Under the pieces are notes generated by a model. That model was not told where the DNA came from, ran no database searches, and was given only the letters and a program-made list of their open reading frames with translations. Source: a virus. Taken from it: a stretch of DNA of 42,983 nucleotides. The position numbers and the translations under genes are program-made. Positions within the stretch are counted from its first letter, which is position 1, and each line of letters opens with the position of its first letter. The stretch is from positions 1-42,983 of the IMG/VR virus record IMGVR_UViG_3300000271_000002. One strand, given 5' to 3'. Below, piece after piece: positions 18,901 through 25,739 of this stretch.

Positions 18901-21680
18901 TGACCGAAGAAGCACTGAAGGCGTTGAACAACGAATTGCAGGCCGACGCGCTGGCAACCGAATACAAGGCCATTGCGCGGCGCACCAACCACAAACCGTT
19001 CACGAAGGAAATGGCGCAGGCCATCGCCGAACGCCTGCTGGCGACCAAGAAAATCCGCGACCTGAACGGCACATATTCCTACTACCGCACCGGCCTGCAA
19101 CTGGCGCAGAAGGTCGGCAAGGCTCTGTCCGCGAAACGCTTTGAAGATGAAGTCACGGAGCGCGACGGCAAGAAGGTCACGACCGAGGGCGCGGCGACGT
19201 TAAAGCGCAAGCAGATGATAAATCATTATCTGTACCGCCTGTCGAAAGAGAACGAAGAAAAGGTCGATCAGACCTTGAACTATCTGAAGAAATTCCAGCG
19301 CAAAGGCGTGCGCGAGAAAATCGATTCTGGTTATCTTGACCAGATTGACGAGATGCTGGAAGGCTACGACCTGCGCAAACAGTCGTCGGTGAAAACCCGC
19401 AACAAGCGCGAAGGCCTTCAGGAATTTATGAAACGGATGGAAGCATCCGGCACACCCATCGACATCCCCGCCCAGGTCATCGCTGATGCGTTCCGCGTTT
19501 CCTACAAGGATTTAACCTTGCCCGATTTCTTCGGCATGGCCGACGCTGTGCAGGGCATAGAACACCTCGGCAGACTGAAGGACAAACTGCTGAAGGCGGC
19601 AGACCAGCGTGCCTTCGATTCGGTTGTGACCGAGTGCTTGCAGGAAATGGAAGCCGCCAACCCCGACCGGCCCGATGGCGAACTGGCACCGCGCCTGCGC
19701 GACAAGTTCAAAAAGGGATGGGATAAATGGCACGCCCACCACCTGAAGATGGAATTTTTGTTCCGTTTCCTCGATGGCTACAAAGACCTGGGCGCGACAT
19801 GGACGGCGATGTTTAAACCATTGGCCGATGCTGAAGCGGAAGAAAATACGCTACAGGCGCAATACATCGGCAAGCTGAAAGAAATCTTTGACGGCTACGA
19901 CACCGGCAACGCGGTGCGCCTCGGCAAATTCAAACTGCTGATGAAGCCGCAATGGATTCCCGAATTGCAGATGAACCTCACGAAGGATCAACTGCTTTCT
20001 ATCGCGCTGAACTGGGGCAATGAATACAACCGCGAAGCCCTGGTCGAAGGCTACAAAGGACGCGGCTGGTCGCTCGACATCATCCAGGATGTGCTGGAAA
20101 AACACCTGACGGAAAAAGACTGGCAGGTCGTTCAGAAAATATGGGACTTGGTTGATTCGCTGTGGCCGCAGATCGAAGCCATGGAAAAACGGCTGACCGG
20201 CATGGCACCTGAAAAGGTCGAAGCCATCCCTGTGTCCACGCCATACGGCGTTCTGCGCGGCGGTTACTACCCCGTAAAGTTCGACCCCGATGCAAACGAA
20301 AAAGCCTTCAGCCGTGCGCAGAAGGAAGACAAAACGGCGGTGTTCCAGGATAACTACACAAGGCCTGCGACGAAGAAGGGCCACACCAAAGAACGTGTTG
20401 GCACCGGCGGTCAGCCGCTTTTGCTTTCGACCTCGGTGGTCAGTGGTCACCTGTATCAGGTCATCCACGATTTAACGCACCGCGAAGCCGCCATCGATGT
20501 GCTGAAGTTCATCAGCGACGAGCGCATCCAGCAAGCCATCATCAAGAAGGCGGGCCGCGAGGCATACCGTCAACTGCTTCCCTGGCTTCAGCGAATCGTC
20601 AACGAGCAACGCCAGCTTGAAGGGCCGGTCGCCCGCATCTTCGGCAAGGTTCGCGCCAACGCCACCATCGTCACGATGGGCGTGAAGTTCACGACCGCCC
20701 TGCAACAGCCGCTTGGCTATCTGACCACCACCGATGCCATCGGCGAGAAGTATGCCGCGCACGGCCTGAAATCATTCTACTGGCTGACCGAAGACAAAAA
20801 CCCCATCGACAACATGCGGGCGCAGGTTGACCGCGTGAACCTGCTGTCGCCGTTCATGGCCGAGCGTTCCAAGAACTTCGACCGCGACATCCGCGCCGCG
20901 CTCGACCGGATGGCCAAGGAAAGCGTTGTCGAAGACTGGCGATCATCGCTGTTCTACCTGACGCAACTGACGCAAAAAGGTGTGGATTACCCCACATGGC
21001 TCGGTGCCTATGCGCAGGGCATGGACGAACTCTTTGATGCCGACGAAGCCAAGGCCGTCGATTATGCCGATTCGATTGTCCGCAGAACCCAGTCCGCCGG
21101 TGGTGCCAAAGACCTCGCGGCGGTGCAGGCCAACGGCGAGTTTGCCCGCCTGTTCACCATGTTCTATTCGTATTTCAGTGTGCTGTATAACGTCGCCGCC
21201 GAGCGCACCGGTCAGTTCAAATCTGGGCGCATCGGCATCGGTAAAGCCGCCGCGTCCTGCGTGTATCTGTGGTTCCTGCCGGTGATCCTGGGCGCGATGA
21301 TAACGGGCAACGATCCCGACGATGACGAGAACTTCGCGGCACACTATGGCAAACTGCTTTTGGCTTTCCCGTTTGCCACCATGGTCGTGGCGCGTGATGC
21401 CACCAGCGTCTTGCTGGAAGGCTTCGATTATCGCATGTCGCCGGTCGCCGGTGCGCTTGACCAGATTTACAAAGGCGCAGGCGCGGCCCTGGGCGCGGGT
21501 TTCACCGAGGCCGAGTTGACCGAAGGCAAACAAAAAAGCATCCTCTATGGCCTGGGCTACGCGCTCGGCCTGCCGACCGCCCAGGTGTGGAACTCGCTGG
21601 ATTATCTGCGTGACTATGTGAACGGCGAAAAAGAGGGGTTCAGCCTCTATGAATTTGTGGTAAAAAAAGATGACAAGTAA
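12993..21680 (+). CDS. Giant internal virion / ejection protein (2895 aa) with a zincin-like HExxH metallopeptidase motif and hydrophobic Gly-zipper segments
   Basis: A single uninterrupted ORF covering 20 percent of the genome, in the gp16 position. HELGH lies at nt 17835-17849 (aa 1615-1619), followed by EKFARTFELYLREGKAPSIELQSAFDAFAAWLRRIY. A Gly/Ala/Val-rich segment lies at about 13829-13965. C-terminal hydrophobic helices lie at about 21233-21420. Confidence 0.9.
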   Translation: MADDFKPEPRANAAQVLQPVISSLVDKGVNPQDISGQVEDYYGGLGEDQLASAAELQGRLEGLAPSDNSAPLTMADLGDDIDAPPVPPISAGQVEDELDYPDYQDNLGAVAEKPQDDVQSSLYAVKDINPDEYAGHRQIAEKLAVPVDQVAADPEEAKVQAQFGDNEYFENMRSNNPVLSGLMAEDREAAIIMQDDVPELSGITGWFKAVGRKAGGSYEDASGAADVAMRKLITGEEITEDDLAAWDEEAAQEKTDYGYTDPFTDLVFSSAEQFGPLVQSAKGAGVGAGGGALVGAGVGTAFGGLGAGPGAVVGAARGAGVGAAYQSALMEGGFALKEFATMKDENGDRLDPAVARGAATIVGISNGGLEVVGLGFLLKGIPGGDKLVQLATRGAVKTALKDVTVRTAIGNFTKKYAAGITAETATEAGQELFTILGSIAAAQADGDKFDTGTFAENAGRVGEASVQAAKSMILLNAPGPSAGLYRDVKAINKAQADQTRILDLAKGVEASKTTARAPDKLEKLIKLAKKEGDYQHAYVSYDKFNEVFQQNGGKVEDAVLELDIAQEYAEAKATGNPIAIPIEIYAARMIPSQTYKALLDHTKFDANGVTVADATTMQAEYQARIDTEFERASAEMEQDGGEQTVRSQIFSDAFDKLAAIGTPEKQGRKYATLIAARYAATGARSGLDPMQLYQESGIFKGVRRALPESLAATDDVRMRNLIARLQNDESYVVPDNGAQLASDAQAVNDLAALTEQLGIDAATTSPDAIMKAIDAHIARLQPADTEQSLFQKIVNAVTGAEETKAEPLVPSDVNALGFFSKMGRVLSEKLNAQGTPRQYIEQIKAFAAAGQFKPDEAEWSGVYDWLEMMDSMDASAKMPKASLMNFLNKDGFSLEEVGEQMGGVPGVQSITENDFTETDSRYNEPDSGYIEEQAEEYYFKDIFEEMTQRDKDENPDPADRKTEEELKAAAMEEAIEQAEYSARDDEYNYTDTFEYRGDDVGYEIEFDVDRGGGYIGIRIDGTWIDDAHDWPSALRKLRTWLQDKGVTIGESADEPEFEAYTAAGGENYAFYRLRVPKGLVGGTFKQSGHYPEKDVVIHYRTKDRIGPTGEKMLFVEEVQSDLHQAAYKNRLNGGIGYITEVDQERVHREKAAMQIASENEGDTRRAYKAFMDQIEADVVADQLADVAPLSENLARRAIYLFDIYGKNGKKAADFTAEERAEIFATELSGKSHEVFAGGIVKDSPADVNNILVRDFVTRLDAEFSRDPSIRENYQAFVDQYIKTSIDGWQEILDKLEGIGKNPARQFDSKEMPEYRQAIEGIERDKALHKYLKEHAPPVMVRAEEKAKYLVDIFFKNLDQHIELDAARVAAAKEVEALRKTMVDVFNLVPFAPFGKTWRQVALKRLLIKAAQGGFKSIGWTTGTQQNVRYNLSRVIDAMDAKRDGEDFVFVVNGYEIRNALEQAGGNRLLDGNIAVHETKLDDVFGKNAADTIRAQTEDHSKKYSEGFARIDFEAGLEIGGDKKGNLYDSVMPLEFSTVMKKIDKGAKATLTQFDIIESGRNIGKIWHAPISDEAVATIRQGLELFQKNDGVQGSYNRATKAITLFEGADLSTLLHELGHMWLDETKALAERADVNPEIKKDWDKLKAWLGVVDDTIPMTREQHEKFARTFELYLREGKAPSIELQSAFDAFAAWLRRIYQTVQKLAQAAGFNVTINDDIREVFDRMLASSEEIDQMRQQAEYMEDPAIMDMMNSNERADYIEAKRNARERAKSELLARMLRQVEKRRSVEFKEESEAVRDELVESAKTDPTLQVIEALTTGHFIGDPKNEKALPRIKIDRNWFLETYGVKPPIEIVASKTGKTWQVLKNGVKDGQFKDQLAANEYAEKLRKRAKNILPPDLPKHIKKMIAGVGGMHPDQAAQLLAPGTFQSGRQMMDTVMSMPSFKDTIDGQVKQQMDERFPEMLDPASMTEEALKALNNELQADALATEYKAIARRTNHKPFTKEMAQAIAERLLATKKIRDLNGTYSYYRTGLQLAQKVGKALSAKRFEDEVTERDGKKVTTEGAATLKRKQMINHYLYRLSKENEEKVDQTLNYLKKFQRKGVREKIDSGYLDQIDEMLEGYDLRKQSSVKTRNKREGLQEFMKRMEASGTPIDIPAQVIADAFRVSYKDLTLPDFFGMADAVQGIEHLGRLKDKLLKAADQRAFDSVVTECLQEMEAANPDRPDGELAPRLRDKFKKGWDKWHAHHLKMEFLFRFLDGYKDLGATWTAMFKPLADAEAEENTLQAQYIGKLKEIFDGYDTGNAVRLGKFKLLMKPQWIPELQMNLTKDQLLSIALNWGNEYNREALVEGYKGRGWSLDIIQDVLEKHLTEKDWQVVQKIWDLVDSLWPQIEAMEKRLTGMAPEKVEAIPVSTPYGVLRGGYYPVKFDPDANEKAFSRAQKEDKTAVFQDNYTRPATKKGHTKERVGTGGQPLLLSTSVVSGHLYQVIHDLTHREAAIDVLKFISDERIQQAIIKKAGREAYRQLLPWLQRIVNEQRQLEGPVARIFGKVRANATIVTMGVKFTTALQQPLGYLTTTDAIGEKYAAHGLKSFYWLTEDKNPIDNMRAQVDRVNLLSPFMAERSKNFDRDIRAALDRMAKESVVEDWRSSLFYLTQLTQKGVDYPTWLGAYAQGMDELFDADEAKAVDYADSIVRRTQSAGGAKDLAAVQANGEFARLFTMFYSYFSVLYNVAAERTGQFKSGRIGIGKAAASCVYLWFLPVILGAMITGNDPDDDENFAAHYGKLLLAFPFATMVVARDATSVLLEGFDYRMSPVAGALDQIYKGAGAALGAGFTEAELTEGKQKSILYGLGYALGLPTAQVWNSLDYLRDYVNGEKEGFSLYEFVVKKDDK

Positions 21681-21701
21681 TTCTGTGTACGAGGTTTCAC
21701 A

Positions 21702-23054
21702 ATGACCGTTCCAATCGCACCCTTCAGGGAAGACTACACCGGCAACGGCGTGACCACGCTGTGGGATTATGGCTGGAAGGTGCGCGACAAATCGCACCTG
21801 ACCGTCACGAAGGTTTTGATTTCAAGCGGTTCGGAAGAAACGCTGGTGGTCGATGATGACTACACGGTCAACAATGTCGGCGACGCGGACGGCGGAACCA
21901 TCGACATCACCCCCGCAATTTCCAGCCTGTACCGCCTGGCGATCACACCCAACATGCCGGTCGAGCAACCGACCGATCTGACCACCGAATCCCGCGTCCC
22001 GCCCGATGTGGCTGAAGATGCGCTGGATTACATCGTCGGCCTTATCAAACAGATGGCCGAGCAATTAAACCGCGCCATCAAAACGACGGTCGGCAGTGCG
22101 CTGTCCCCCGATGAATTTATCGAATTGATTATCGGCTCTGTCGGCGCGGCAGAAGAAGCCGCAACCGAAGCAGGTGAGGCCCGCGATGATGCTGTTGCCG
22201 CCGCCGCCGAAGCTGTGGGCGCGGTGCCTGGTTCCATCAAGGTTTCTGCGAACGACACCACGCAGAATTATCTTTTGAGCAAATTGGTTGCTGGCCGTGC
22301 CATCGTGCTGACCGAGCAAAACAACGGTGGCAACGAAAACATCAAAGTCGATATAGACATCAACACCAACACGAACTTTGCCGGTGCGCCTGGCGATTTA
22401 ACGACATCGTATTTTTTGATGAACTATGCGTCTGTGCATTGGCACGTTCCCTATAGCGGGCTTTTGAACGGCATGAATTTGCTGACGCAGGACACAAGCC
22501 CCGATATGGCCCTGGACTTCCTGCACCTGTATGATACCAGTGCTTCAACATCGAAAAAGGTTGCGCCGAACGATGTGAACAACATGGTTTTGCTTGCGTC
22601 CGGTGCACCGACGGCTGTGGCATCTGTGGCCTTTACCAACTTTGTCAACGCAAAATATGACCGCTACATTCTGGTGGTTTACAATGCAAGACCTGTGACC
22701 GATGCGCAGGATTTTAACCTGGAAACATCTTACGATGACGGCGTTTCTTATAAAACATCGTATCGTATCGTGTCCACCGGCACAGTCACGAAAATGAACA
22801 TGTTCTCCAACACTGGCAACGCCGCGACCAACGGCATCGGCGCGGTCATTGAAATTATAGCCAACCCCGACGCGGCGAAATATCCGTGGTGCAGATGGCA
22901 GACATGGGGGCTTTCCAACGTAGGCGCAATCGGTGGGGTTTCCAACTCTGGCGTGACGCTGGTGGCTGGCGTTATCAACGCCCTGCGCATATCCTTCGCA
23001 TCGGGCAACATCGCCACACTGAATTATAAACTTTATGGGGTTAAAGGAAGCTGA
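21702..23054 (+). CDS. Tail fiber / receptor-binding protein
   Basis: 450 aa with a GAGG RBS, in the gp17 position. The N-terminal pattern (F..DYTGNGVTT...L.V......L..DDDYTV....GG.I...) is typical of podovirus fiber anchor domains. An Ala-rich coiled segment and then a beta-rich C-terminus follow. Confidence 0.75.
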   Translation: MTVPIAPFREDYTGNGVTTLWDYGWKVRDKSHLTVTKVLISSGSEETLVVDDDYTVNNVGDADGGTIDITPAISSLYRLAITPNMPVEQPTDLTTESRVPPDVAEDALDYIVGLIKQMAEQLNRAIKTTVGSALSPDEFIELIIGSVGAAEEAATEAGEARDDAVAAAAEAVGAVPGSIKVSANDTTQNYLLSKLVAGRAIVLTEQNNGGNENIKVDIDINTNTNFAGAPGDLTTSYFLMNYASVHWHVPYSGLLNGMNLLTQDTSPDMALDFLHLYDTSASTSKKVAPNDVNNMVLLASGAPTAVASVAFTNFVNAKYDRYILVVYNARPVTDAQDFNLETSYDDGVSYKTSYRIVSTGTVTKMNMFSNTGNAATNGIGAVIEIIANPDAAKYPWCRWQTWGLSNVGAIGGVSNSGVTLVAGVINALRISFASGNIATLNYKLYGVKGS

Positions 23055-23686
23055 TGAAAAAACACATCGCCACACCGCAGAAACTTATTGATCGGCAGGA
23101 TTTCCTCGAAAAAAGAATCCAGACTCTGACGGCTTTCAGGGATGTCACCATCGCGGAAAAAGAAAAGACCGACGACAAAGAACAGATCGCCGTCCTCGAT
23201 GAAAAGATCAAGGAACTGCGGGCATCCATAGAGGTCGCGGAAGATGACAAAGCCGCCGTGTTGCAGGAAATTTCCAAGTTCGGCGATGTGGACATGACCG
23301 AAGATGAAATCGCCGAGCGCGTGGCCGAAGAAGTGGCGGCTGAACATGTCGCCCTATTGCGCCGCATCAAGGGTGTGCGCGATGAAAAAATCTTTGGTGG
23401 CATGACCATCAACGGCATCAGCATTAAGACCGACGAGCGCACGCAGACCGCGCTGACCCGCGCCCGCATGAAGGCCGACCGCAACAATAAATATTCCGCC
23501 AACTGGAAGACCGAAGACGGCTTCATGGTGTTGTCCGCCGATGTCATCATCGCGCTGGTCGATGCTGTGGATGAACATGTGCAAAGATGTTTCGACGCTG
23601 AAGAAATCTTGTTGAACGACCTCGATTCGATTGCGCCAGGCGATGACCTGACGGCGCATTTTGATGATGCCTACGGCAGGGCATAA
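23054..23686 (+). CDS. DUF4376-like protein (possible fiber accessory/assembly protein)
   Basis: 210 aa, TGATG-coupled to the fiber gene. The N-terminus is coiled-coil. The C-terminal part (GISIKTDERTQTALTRA....NWKTEDGFMVLSADVIIALVDAVDEHVQRCF) resembles DUF4376. Confidence 0.65.
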   Translation: MKKHIATPQKLIDRQDFLEKRIQTLTAFRDVTIAEKEKTDDKEQIAVLDEKIKELRASIEVAEDDKAAVLQEISKFGDVDMTEDEIAERVAEEVAAEHVALLRRIKGVRDEKIFGGMTINGISIKTDERTQTALTRARMKADRNNKYSANWKTEDGFMVLSADVIIALVDAVDEHVQRCFDAEEILLNDLDSIAPGDDLTAHFDDAYGRA

Positions 23687-23802
23687 CTTTATCCACAACG
23701 ATGTCATGCCGCGAACCGAACCGGCTGGCTTTCGTTGGTGACCAGAGGCAACATTGCGGTCGTAAATTCCGCCGCATCTGGTAAATTAGAAGGAACGCAA
23801 CT

Positions 23803-24123
23803 ATGAACGAGCAAGCAAGGGTTGAGCAGATGCGCGAAGAAATGAAACGGGAGTGGCACCTCGACCGCAAAGTCACCATCGCTATGATCGTGGCCCTGGC
23901 CATGAACATCGCCGCGCCCACGTTTTGGATCGCCAAGCTGGAAGCCAAGACCGACACCAACAGCCGCGACATCATCAACCACAGCCAGCAACTTATAGCG
24001 ATCACATCCACGCAGGTCGGTGTGGGCGAACGCCTGGCAAAGGTCGAAGCTGGCGTGAACTACCAGACGAAGGTGCTGGATCGCATCGAAGCGAAGATGG
24101 AAAAGCAGGATGACCGAAGATGA
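23803..24123 (+). CDS. Lysis-cassette membrane protein with one TM helix and a coiled coil (holin/antiholin or lysis regulator candidate)
   Basis: 106 aa with a GAAGGAA RBS. A single TM helix (VTIAMIVALAMNIAAPTFWIA) is present. It overlaps the next membrane-protein gene. Confidence 0.6.
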   Translation: MNEQARVEQMREEMKREWHLDRKVTIAMIVALAMNIAAPTFWIAKLEAKTDTNSRDIINHSQQLIAITSTQVGVGERLAKVEAGVNYQTKVLDRIEAKMEKQDDRR

Positions 24124-24424
24124 AACGGAGAAGTGGACGCTAGGCCGCAACGCCATGGTGGGAACGCTATGGGCCGCTTGGCTTTGTATGTTCATGCTGA
24201 TCTATGCCATCATCAAAGGCCGCGATGCTTCCGTCATGGGTGATGCCTTCGCCGCGCTATCGTTCATTATCTTTTCCACGCTCGGCGTGATGGTCGGCGG
24301 CAAAGGCTGGAAAGACTTCGCTAGCATGAAGTTCGGCACGCCGCGCACAGAACAAACCACCACCGTCAAAACCGTCGAGGTAAGCAATGCACCCCCTGCC
24401 AACGCCCTACCAGTTTCTGAATAA
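24110..24424 (+). CDS. Putative holin (two TM helices)
   Basis: 104 aa with two hydrophobic helices (MVGTLWAAWLCMFMLIYAII and AFAALSFIIFSTLGVMVGG). It lies immediately upstream of the endolysin and overlaps it. Confidence 0.65.
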   Translation: MTEDETEKWTLGRNAMVGTLWAAWLCMFMLIYAIIKGRDASVMGDAFAALSFIIFSTLGVMVGGKGWKDFASMKFGTPRTEQTTTVKTVEVSNAPPANALPVSE

Positions 24425-24944
24425 GGAACCTGGCCCGCGCATCCTGACTGAAATGCTGAAACTGCACGGCACCATCGAATCACCTGGGCCGCACAACAAC
24501 CCGATCATCATGTCCTGGGCGGCTGAACTTCAGAAGGCGGGCAATTATGTCGGCATGGAATATGCCGCGGATTCCATCCCATGGTGCGGCATTGCCACCG
24601 GCATCGCCATCTTGCGGGCGGACGGCATACCCCCAAAAATCTGCGCCAGGGCGAGTTCTTACGACGCATGGGGCATCCATCAGGAAATCGAGGACGCGGC
24701 CCTGGGCGACGTTCTGCGCTTCCAGCGCGAGGGCGGCGGGCATGTGGGCTTGTATGTCGGCGAAGACCTCGCCGGATATTTCCATGTTCTGGGCGGCAAC
24801 CAGTCTGATTCGGTGCGTGTTTCCCGCATTGCGAAAAGCCGGTGTGTTGCCGTGCGCCGGTTCCCCTGGCGCGTCAAGCAACCTGCCAACGTGCGGAAGG
24901 TTTTACTCGGCGCGAATGGACAGATCACCAAAAACGAAGCATGA
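24387..24944 (+). CDS. Endolysin, TIGR02594-type NlpC/P60-CHAP-like peptidoglycan hydrolase
   Basis: 185 aa with GAGG 7 nt upstream. The motifs PWCG (Cys), GGGHVGLYVG (His) and LGGNQSD appear in the order typical of the TIGR02594 family. Confidence 0.8.
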   Translation: MHPLPTPYQFLNKEPGPRILTEMLKLHGTIESPGPHNNPIIMSWAAELQKAGNYVGMEYAADSIPWCGIATGIAILRADGIPPKICARASSYDAWGIHQEIEDAALGDVLRFQREGGGHVGLYVGEDLAGYFHVLGGNQSDSVRVSRIAKSRCVAVRRFPWRVKQPANVRKVLLGANGQITKNEA

Positions 24945-25390
24945 TGGTGGCCATGAACCCATTGGCCATAAAAATCATTGCCGGTCTGTCCCTCGCTTTC
25001 GTCCTGTATATCGGATGGAATCACTATCGGGATGTCCGCGCCGACCGCGACCGGTACAAGACCGAGCGCAACCAGGCGCGTGTCGATCTGCAACAGTGCA
25101 ATGACGATAAGGTCTTAACAGAAAAGGCTTCCCATGATTTCCAAACAAAGTTTGCTGGCGTGCGCCGTCAGCTTGATCGCCTTAACAGCGTGCGAGAGCG
25201 TGCCAGATGCGTCGCCGTCACTGCCGAGCCTGCCGCAAGACCTGATGGCACCGGTGCAGGAGAAGTCGTTCCTGGACGAAGTGGAATCAATTCTGGCTGG
25301 CTCTATGATTTTGCCGCACGATGCGAGGAAACACGCCTAAAAGCGCAAGGCCTTCAGCAGTTTAACACGGAAGTGTGGAACAGCCGATGA
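24941..25390 (+). CDS. i-spanin (Rz-like)
   Basis: The ATG at 24941 overlaps the endolysin stop (ATGA). It has an N-terminal TM helix (LAIKIIAGLSLAFVLYIGW) and then a charged coiled region. It fully contains the o-spanin ORF in another frame. The ORF track extends the frame upstream to 24842. Confidence 0.8.
   Translation: MMVAMNPLAIKIIAGLSLAFVLYIGWNHYRDVRADRDRYKTERNQARVDLQQCNDDKVLTEKASHDFQTKFAGVRRQLDRLNSVRERARCVAVTAEPAARPDGTGAGEVVPGRSGINSGWLYDFAARCEETRLKAQGLQQFNTEVWNSR
25134..25340 (+). CDS. o-spanin (Rz1-like outer-membrane lipoprotein), embedded in the i-spanin gene
   Basis: 68 aa. The signal peptide ends in the lipobox LTAC (Cys20). The mature part is Pro-rich. The ORF lies entirely inside 24941-25390 in the +1 frame. 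Confidence 0.8.
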   Translation: MISKQSLLACAVSLIALTACESVPDASPSLPSLPQDLMAPVQEKSFLDEVESILAGSMILPHDARKHA

Positions 25391-25518
25391 AGCGATATAA
25401 CCCAGGGATGCCAGGCTGGAAACGCCGCCAGCAAGACCGCATTGTCACCGCGCCACGGAACCTTCCAAGGCGCGGTTTGTTTGTCAGGTTCAACCCCTTA
25501 CAGGAGAAAACACCATGA
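25387..25518 (+). CDS. Possible 43-aa basic micro-ORF, ATGA-coupled to the i-spanin stop
   Basis: The ATG at 25387 overlaps the TGA at 25388-25390. The product is MKRYNPGMPGWKRRQQDRIVTAPRNLPRRGLFVRFNPLQEKTP. The ORF ends in an ATGA overlap with the next micro-ORF. It also contains the terminator-like hairpin 25447-25484, so coding is doubtful. Confidence 0.25.
   Translation: MKRYNPGMPGWKRRQQDRIVTAPRNLPRRGLFVRFNPLQEKTP
25447..25484 (+). terminator. Terminator-like hairpin after the lysis cassette
   Basis: ACCGCGCC (25447-25454) pairs with GGCGCGGT (25469-25476). TTTGTTTGT follows. Confidence 0.5.
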
Positions 25519-25646
25519 CCGATTCCCGCAAAGACATCGACAAAGACCTGAACGCCAACAAAGTCCGCACGGACAAGGACAACCAGCAAGGCGGCACACA
25601 GCCTGGCAAAGTTGACCGCGATAACGACGGCAAAAAAGCCGAGTAA
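25515..25646 (+). CDS. 43-aa highly hydrophilic micro-protein (not in the ORF track)
   Basis: AGGAG (25502-25506) lies 8 nt upstream of the ATG at 25515. The product is MTDSRKDIDKDLNANKVRTDKDNQQGGTQPGKVDRDNDGKKAE. A good terminator follows. Confidence 0.45.
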   Translation: MTDSRKDIDKDLNANKVRTDKDNQQGGTQPGKVDRDNDGKKAE

Positions 25647-25668
25647 TTCCATCCGGTGGAACGCAAGA

Positions 25669-25700
25669 GCCTGCCCCTTGAAACGGGCGGGCTTTTCGTT
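25669..25700 (+). terminator. Rho-independent terminator
   Basis: GCCTGCCC (25669-25676) pairs with GGGCGGGC (25685-25692), including one G-T pair. TTTTCGTTT follows. Confidence 0.65.
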
Positions 25701-25739
25701 TATCGTCAAGGCGTATCGTCTTACGCAAAGGATCATTCA

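Noticed and set aside
17664-19100. Long antisense ORFs. Examples on the minus strand are 17664-19100 (478 aa), 20943-21797, 11059-11895, 33408-34520 and 40624-41406. Examples on the plus strand are 27637-28485 and 28585-29307.
   Set aside because: They lie entirely opposite well-supported genes. They are Arg/Ala/Gly/Ser-rich with no RBS or coupling. They are the usual shadow frames of GC-rich coding sequence.
12993-21680. The giant ORF as an N4-like virion RNA polymerase.
   Set aside because: I could not find T7-like RNAP motifs. The early promoters are ordinary sigma70-type, so a virion RNAP is not required. The gene sits in the gp16 ejection-protein slot.
21702-23054. A diversity-generating retroelement acting on the tail fiber, considered because the head module looks BPP-1-like.
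   Set aside because: No reverse transcriptase ORF is present anywhere in the window. I saw no template/variable repeat pair near the 3' end of the fiber gene.
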